This document shows positions 58,590 through 64,000 of a stretch of DNA of 64,000 bases, one piece after another. Made by a program: the position numbers and the translations under genes. The stretch is from assembly GCF_011386835.1 (NCBI RefSeq), contig NC_088803.1, positions 5,642,001 through 5,706,000 on the forward strand. The letters run 5' to 3'. Source of the DNA: Chrysemys picta bellii. Its lineage: Eukaryota. Within the stretch, counting starts at the first letter, position 1, and each line of letters begins with the position of its first letter. The notes below the pieces were generated by a model. It was not told where the DNA came from. It saw only the letters and a list, made by a program, of their open reading frames with translations, and made no database searches.

Positions 58590-59875
58590 TACCAAACATC
58601 ACAACACTATTCAATATTCCGTCCACACAAGAGATCCACTTCCTGGACACTACAGTGCAAATAAGTGATAGTCACATAAACACCACCCTATACCGGAAAC
58701 CTACTGACCCCCTACACTTATCTACATGCCTCCAGCTTTCATCCAGACCACATCATACGATCCATTGTCTACAGCCAAGCCCTAAGATACTACTGCATTT
58801 GCTCCAATCCCTCAGACAAACACCTACAGGATCTCTATCAAGCGTTCTTAAAACTACAATACCCACCTGGGGAAGTGAAGAAACAGATTGACAGAGCCAG
58901 AAGGGTACCCAGAAGTCACTACTACAGGACAGGCCCAACAAAGAAAGTAACAGAACGCCACTAGCCGTCACCTACATCCCCCAACTAAAACCTCTCCAGC
59001 ACATCATCAAGGATCTACAACCTATCCTGAAGGACGATCCCTCATTCTCACAGACCTTGGGAGACAGGCTAGTCCTTGCTTACAGACAACCCCCCAACCT
59101 GAAGCAAATACTCACCAGCAACTACACAACACACAACAGAAACACTAACCCAGGAACCAAACCCTGCAACAAATGACGGTTGCCAACTCTGTCCACATAT
59201 CTGACATCATCATAGGACCTAACCACATCAGCCACTCCATCCGGGGCTCGTTCATCGGCACATCTACCAATGTGATATATGCCATCATGTGCCAGCAATG
59301 CCCCTCTGCCATGTACATTGGCCAAACCGGACAGTCTCAACGCAAAAGAATAAATGGACACAAATCAGACATCAAGAATTGTAACATACAAAAGCCAGTA
59401 GGAGAACACTTCAATCACCTTCAACACTCAATAACAGACTTAAAAGTGGCCATTCTTCAACAAAAACACTTCAAAAACAGACTTCAACGAGAAACTGCAG
59501 AACTGGAATTAATTTGCAAACTTGACACCATCAAATTAAGCCTGAATAAAGACGGGGAGTGGCCGGGTCACTACAAAAAGTAATTTTCCCTCTGTTGCTA
59601 CTCACACCTTCTTGTCAACTGCTGGGAATGGGCCACATCTACCCTGATTGAATTGACCTCGTTAGCACTGACCCCCCACTTGATACGGCAACTCCCGTCT
59701 TTTCATGTGCTGTATATTTATATCTGCCTGCTGTATTTTCCACTCCATGGATCTGATGAAATGGGTTCTAGCCCACGAAAGTTTATGTCCAGATAAATGT
59801 GTTAGTCTCTAAGGTGCCACAAGGACTCCTCGTTGTTTTTGCTGATACAGACTAACATGGCTACCCCTCTGAAAC
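58590..59875 (+). mobile_element. 5'-truncated Penelope-like element (RT C-terminus + GIY-YIG endonuclease + pLTR)
   Basis: IHFLDTTV..TTLYRKPTD, then ORF 59173-59583 NVIYAIMCQQCPSAMYIGQTGQS.RKRINGHKSDI..KPVGEHFN, typical of PLE GIY-YIG endonucleases. Confidence 0.88.
59748..59790 (+). ncRNA. Degenerate hammerhead-ribozyme motif of the Penelope pLTR
   Basis: CTGATGA (59753-59759), stem TGGGT/GCCCA, GAAA (59777-59780). Stem I/III positions look mutated. Confidence 0.55.
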
Positions 59876-59879
59876 AATA

Positions 59880-61165
59880 GTCAAGTTACTTCCAGTCCCA
59901 AAGGACCCGTCACTGACCCCAGGTCAATTGCCCCTTCAATCTCACACCAAAGACAAGGCTTGTAGCCAATCCTATAATAAACCGTTGAATGCTTTATTAC
60001 CTAGCAACGGGAAATCAGAGAGTTATTGACAAGATTAAAGCAGGTAAACACACATACAAATGAGTTACAGGCTTAAGTTTCAAAAGGTGAATAGAAGCTT
60101 CTATAATAAGGTCTGGTCTAGACTACAGACTAGGTCGACGCAAGGCAATTTACGGCAGCTTACCTATGGACGTGTCTACACTAAAATTGTGCTCCCACAA
60201 AATTGGCTGTTATTGGCTTTCAGAAGTCGTCCCGCAGCGCCCCGCCCCGACAGTACAATCGGGATAAGTGCTGTGAGGATGCACACCGCCGACACAAGGA
60301 GCAAAGTGTCGACGCCACAAGTGATGTCATTACTGCGGCAGCTGTATGCCAACGTAAGTTAGGTCGGCTTCATTTTGTAGCATAGACCTGCCTACACAAA
60401 TATGTCTTTTAGGGTTAATCCAGGGATCTTCTTCTTATGCTTAGTAATCCTCTCCCCTCAGACTCAAAGCAGCTCCTCCTTGTTAGGGCTTTTGATTCCT
60501 TTCCTGCTTCTGGTTCGAGTTGCAGATTTAGCTGTTGGGAGGAAGTCAGTTGCACGGCTCCTCTTCATAGGGTGAGGGGAGCAATCCACAAAATCGTTGG
60601 TCTTCTGATGTTCCACTATGGTTCATCTGGGGTTGACGGGCCGTTTTCCGTTGGGCAAGACATATCTCCTCCTGCTGGCAGCTAGTATTTCACGCTTGCT
60701 AATGCTTCTCTCCTGTCGGCTGATGTCCAAAGTTTCAACGCAAACCCATCAGTGTTACCTTATAACGTGGGTTACAGCAGTTGTTCTCAAACTTGGGCCG
60801 CCGCTTGTTCAGGGAAAGTGCCTGGCGGGCCGGGCCGGTTTGTTTACCTGCTGCGTCCGCGGGTTCGGCCGATCGCGGCTCCCACTGGCCGCGGTTTGCA
60901 GCTCCAGGCTAATGGGGGCTGCAGGAAGGGCGGCCAGCACGTCCCTCGGCCCGCGCCGCTTTGTGCAGCCCCCATTGGCCTGGAGCAGTGAACCGCGGCC
61001 AGTGGGAGCCGCGATCGGCCGAACCTGCGGATGCGGCAGGTAAACAAACCAGTCCGGCTCACCAGGGGTTTTCCCTGAACAAGCAGCGGCCCAAGTCTGA
61101 GAACCACTGGGCTACAGGGCTATAAGTGAGATTAGTGCAGGTGGCAACTCACGAGCATTTCACGA
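59880..61165 (-). mobile_element. LTR-like repeat fragment hosting two MITE insertions
   Basis: AT-richer non-coding sequence with minus-strand AATAAA near 59993, interrupted at ~60110-60392 (imperfect inverted ends, possibly Harbinger-like) and 60778-61109. Family not certain. Confidence 0.35.
60778..61109. mobile_element. Palindromic hAT-type MITE
   Basis: Ends CAGTTGTTCTCAAACTTGGGCCGC / GCGGCCCAAGTCTGAGAACCACTG, long internal inverted symmetry, near-identical 8-bp TSD GGTTACAG/GGCTACAG. Confidence 0.85.
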
Positions 61166-62670
61166 AGTCTAAACACTCAACGCGGTTTTAGAACTCTGAC
61201 ACCTATTTTAACAACTCTACCGTACAGGTTGAGCCAGACTGGTTCCAGCTACTTGTCAGCGTTCAGCTGAGACCGGTTTTGGCATGAGCCGGCACCTGGT
61301 TTGCCAGCATCATTGTGAGTATAACCCGAGTATTATACGGAGCTGATCGGTGGACTGCCCACCATCTTGTTCAGTTGGAGTTTTCCCTTTTTATTTGGCC
61401 AGAAATGCACAAAACCCAGTCCGCCAAGCGTCTGACTGTTGCCTGGTTGTAAGATCTGTTGACTGCCAAACAGCCAAATGTGTGCTACAATCTAAAATAC
61501 GGTTGTGGACTGTGCCAGATGTAAGAAACACCATCACGCAAACTGGTTTGCTGATCACGATCCCGAAATATCGAATCTTCTTGATGCCAAACAGCAAGGA
61601 TGTGATGTGCTCTTAGCTGACCCGTTCGCCGAGTCGAAAAAGGCCAGATAGATAGTAGCTTGTGGCACTCTTCAGCACAAACTCCACCAAATGCAAAATA
61701 TGTGGCTTGACCGCAGAGTGGATGAACGCCAGGTCCTTGCGGGAAAAAGTGACTCCAGAAGCTTCTATGATGTGGTACAGCCCCACCCGATTTGCCTTGA
61801 TGCCGCTAACAAGTGTGGATGGCAAACTTTTTATCGAGGATCGCACTGCCGTCCACCAACGGCGGCGTGAACACTTTTGGGAATTACTTAATTGTCTCTC
61901 TACTGTCTCTGAGTCACTGAATAATGCCCACAAACAGCCTGCATCTTACACACTTGCAGATCCACCCACGTGAGCTGCGGTGTTGAAGGCCATCCAGGCA
62001 ATGAAAAACAACAAATCTCTTGGTTGTTGTTGGTTGAAAAACAACAAATCTCTTGGTCACGATGCTATTTCAGCTGAAGTTTTGAAACACAGAGGAAACC
62101 TTCTCTTTGACGGGCTTTGTGCAGTCTTCTCACGTGTCTCTGGCTTCAAGAAGTCACACCACAATCATGGAAAGAGGCCAAAATTATCACGATCTATAAG
62201 CACAAAAGCTCAAATAGCAACTGTGGTAACTGCCGCGGCATCTGCTTCCTCTTCACGGCCGGTAAGATTCTTGCTTGGATCCAGCGTCTGAGCCAAATTA
62301 TCGACAAAGTCACAGTGCAGCTTTTGTGCTCCCCGGAGCACTGTTGAGGTGATTTGCATCCTTCAACAAATACAGGAAAAATATCGCGAACAGCATCAAC
62401 CTTTGTACATCATCGTTCCTGGTCTAAGCTTTCAACATGGTCAACCCCCACTGCCGTCTGGAAAGTCGTTGCTAAATCTGGACACCCAGACAAATTTATT
62501 AACAACAGTCGGCAATGCCACAAAGGCTTGGTTGGAAGAGTTTGTGTGCATGGTGATCTAACAGACCTGTTTCCAATCACGAGTGGGGTGAAGCAAGGAT
62601 GTATCCTTGCTCCTAGCCTTCTTGGTCTACAATGCTAGAGCAAGCCCTCCATGGCCCTCCAAATGGCATC

Positions 62671-63927
62671 TGTGATGTTGCACTCTATATGATTTTATGA
62701 AAAATATGCTAATGAGTGTGAATATAACGTAACTGGGATATGCTTCATGCAAAAGGTCTCTTGTAAGGTATCATTACAAATCTTATAATCTACTGAGTGT
62801 GATCATCCTATTTGTATAAATGTATCACTCTTGTATCTGAAACTAGAAATATGAAGTATAACTCTGAGGGCCTATTGTAATTATGCAAAGTGTGGGCCAT
62901 TCATGGTGGTTTGGAATCTTGATGACTCCCATCAACTAGAACAATTGACTGTAGATGGCTCTGTTTACTTGTAAGTCTTCCTGTATACCTGTGTGCTGGC
63001 AAGTGGGTAACGGAGTCTTACAGTGACATGTGATCATAGAATCATAGAATCATAGAATATCAGAGTTGGAAGGGACCTCAAGAGGTCATCTAGTCCAACC
63101 CCCTGCTCAAAGCAGGACCAATTCCCATGTCACCTCAACTGGAATCCATCTTTAACCTGGTGCTTTTCCATTGAGAAAGACGGGTGGGAACCAGAGAGGG
63201 ACAAAGCAACTGCCTTGTACAAAGCTTTATAAGTGGGTGGAACAGAACAAAGGGGGGCTGCAATCATGAGAAATCCCCTAGCTACCACCTGAGCTGGGGG
63301 TGTACAAGGGCTGTACCGGGGAAAGGACTGGGCCCAGACTAGGAAGGTGTCCAGTCTGTGTAAGAAGCTTATTGGAACATCTCTGAGGGTGAGATTTTAT
63401 CTGTCATCAGTTTATTTTTACTGTATTAGGCTTAGACTTGCGCGTTTTGTTTTATTTTGCTTGGAAATTCACTTTGTTCTGTCTGTTACTACTTGGAACC
63501 ACTTAAACCCTACTTTGTATACTTAATAAAATCACTTTTTACGTATCAATGAACCCAGAGTAAGTATTAATCCCGGGGGTGGGGGGGGCAAACGGCTGTG
63601 TATATCTCGCTATCAGTGGTATAGAGGGCGAACAATGTAAGCTTTATACAGGGTAAAATGGATTTATTTGGGGTTTTGGACCCCATTGGGAACTGGGTAT
63701 CTGAGTGCTGGAGACAGGAACACTTCTTAAGCTGTTGTCAGTTAAGCCTGCAGCTTTTTGGGGGACGTGATTCAGACCTGGGTCTGGGTTGTAGCCGGCT
63801 GGCGTGTCTGGCACAACCAGGCAGGGTCCTGAAGTCCCAAGCTGGCAGGGGAAAACGGGCTCAGAGATAGTCTCAGCACATCAGGGGGCAGTTCCCAAAG
63901 GGGAGTTCTGTGATCCAACCCGTCACA
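62671..63927 (+). mobile_element. Solo LTR inserted in the RTE RT region
   Basis: TGTGA...TCACA termini, exact 5-bp TSD GCATC (62666-62670; 63928-63932), AATAAA near 63525. Confidence 0.88.
63033..63126 (-). mobile_element. CR1 LINE 3' end fragment inside the solo LTR
   Basis: (ATCATAGA)3 octamer tail followed by GTTGGAAGGGACCTC..GGTCATCTAGTCCAACCCC, the reverse complement of a CR1 3' UTR. A fainter one lies at ~57138-57190. Confidence 0.8.
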
Positions 63928-64000
63928 GCATCTCTCTAGTGGCAAACTTTTTATTCTGTCTCGTCTACAGGCAAATATCAAGGAGATTGAAGCATTGATC

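Larger units (their letters stand above)
56900..64000 (+). mobile_element. Old RTE-clade LINE, fragmented by nested insertions
   Basis: Endonuclease remnants (TTWDVRML ~56920; TMTNPNEGKE..GDFN..NSNGVLLL..LLITN 57900-58200), linker (NWFADHDPEISNLL ~61540), RT (AEVLKH, KEAKIITIYK, IQEKYREQHQPLY, SGVKQGCILAP 62000-62625) and GKLFILSRLQA after the solo LTR. Frameshifted throughout. Confidence 0.8.

Noticed and set aside
61391-61597. Minus-strand ORF resembling an inverted RT C-terminal fragment
   Set aside because: The plus strand at the same place encodes the expected RTE linker (NWFADHDPEISNLL...), colinear with flanking RTE pieces, so the resemblance is coincidental.

Overview
Vertebrate genomic DNA, GC-rich and packed with simple repeats. 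The repeat families and gene set suggest a sauropsid, probably a turtle (inference). Three genes can be read directly: the 5' part of ZFHX2 (minus; first coding exon 1206 to <1, not in the ORF track because it runs off the window), THTPA (plus, two coding exons) and NGDN (minus, 11 exons, 319 aa). A ~20 kb block (4942-25160) recurs at 25661-~46500 across a 500-N gap, so THTPA, the ZFHX2 first exon and NGDN exons 3-11 appear twice. This is most likely two uncollapsed haplotypes. A smaller overlap flanks the second 500-N gap. From ~47.7 kb on the sequence is transposon debris: solo LTRs, an internally deleted Gmr1-type (integrase-before-RT) Gypsy element with a tRNA-Leu PBS, hAT MITEs with 8-bp TSDs, a Penelope-like element and an old RTE LINE broken by nested insertions. 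Almost all long ORFs in the track are repeat artefacts. The most unusual signals are regulatory. (1) A variable-number tandem array of CTCF-consensus motifs lies between the convergent THTPA and NGDN 3' ends, at an inferred inversion breakpoint relative to human. (2) An 8x tandem ZNF143/THAP11 motif array sits in the ZFHX2-THTPA divergent promoter. (3) A Penelope/hammerhead-derived hairpin with mutually matching arms lies between two evenly spaced CCAAT triads in the NGDN promoter. (4) A ~53-aa repeat-derived loop is inserted in the THTPA CYTH domain. All counts were made by eye and no searches were run.
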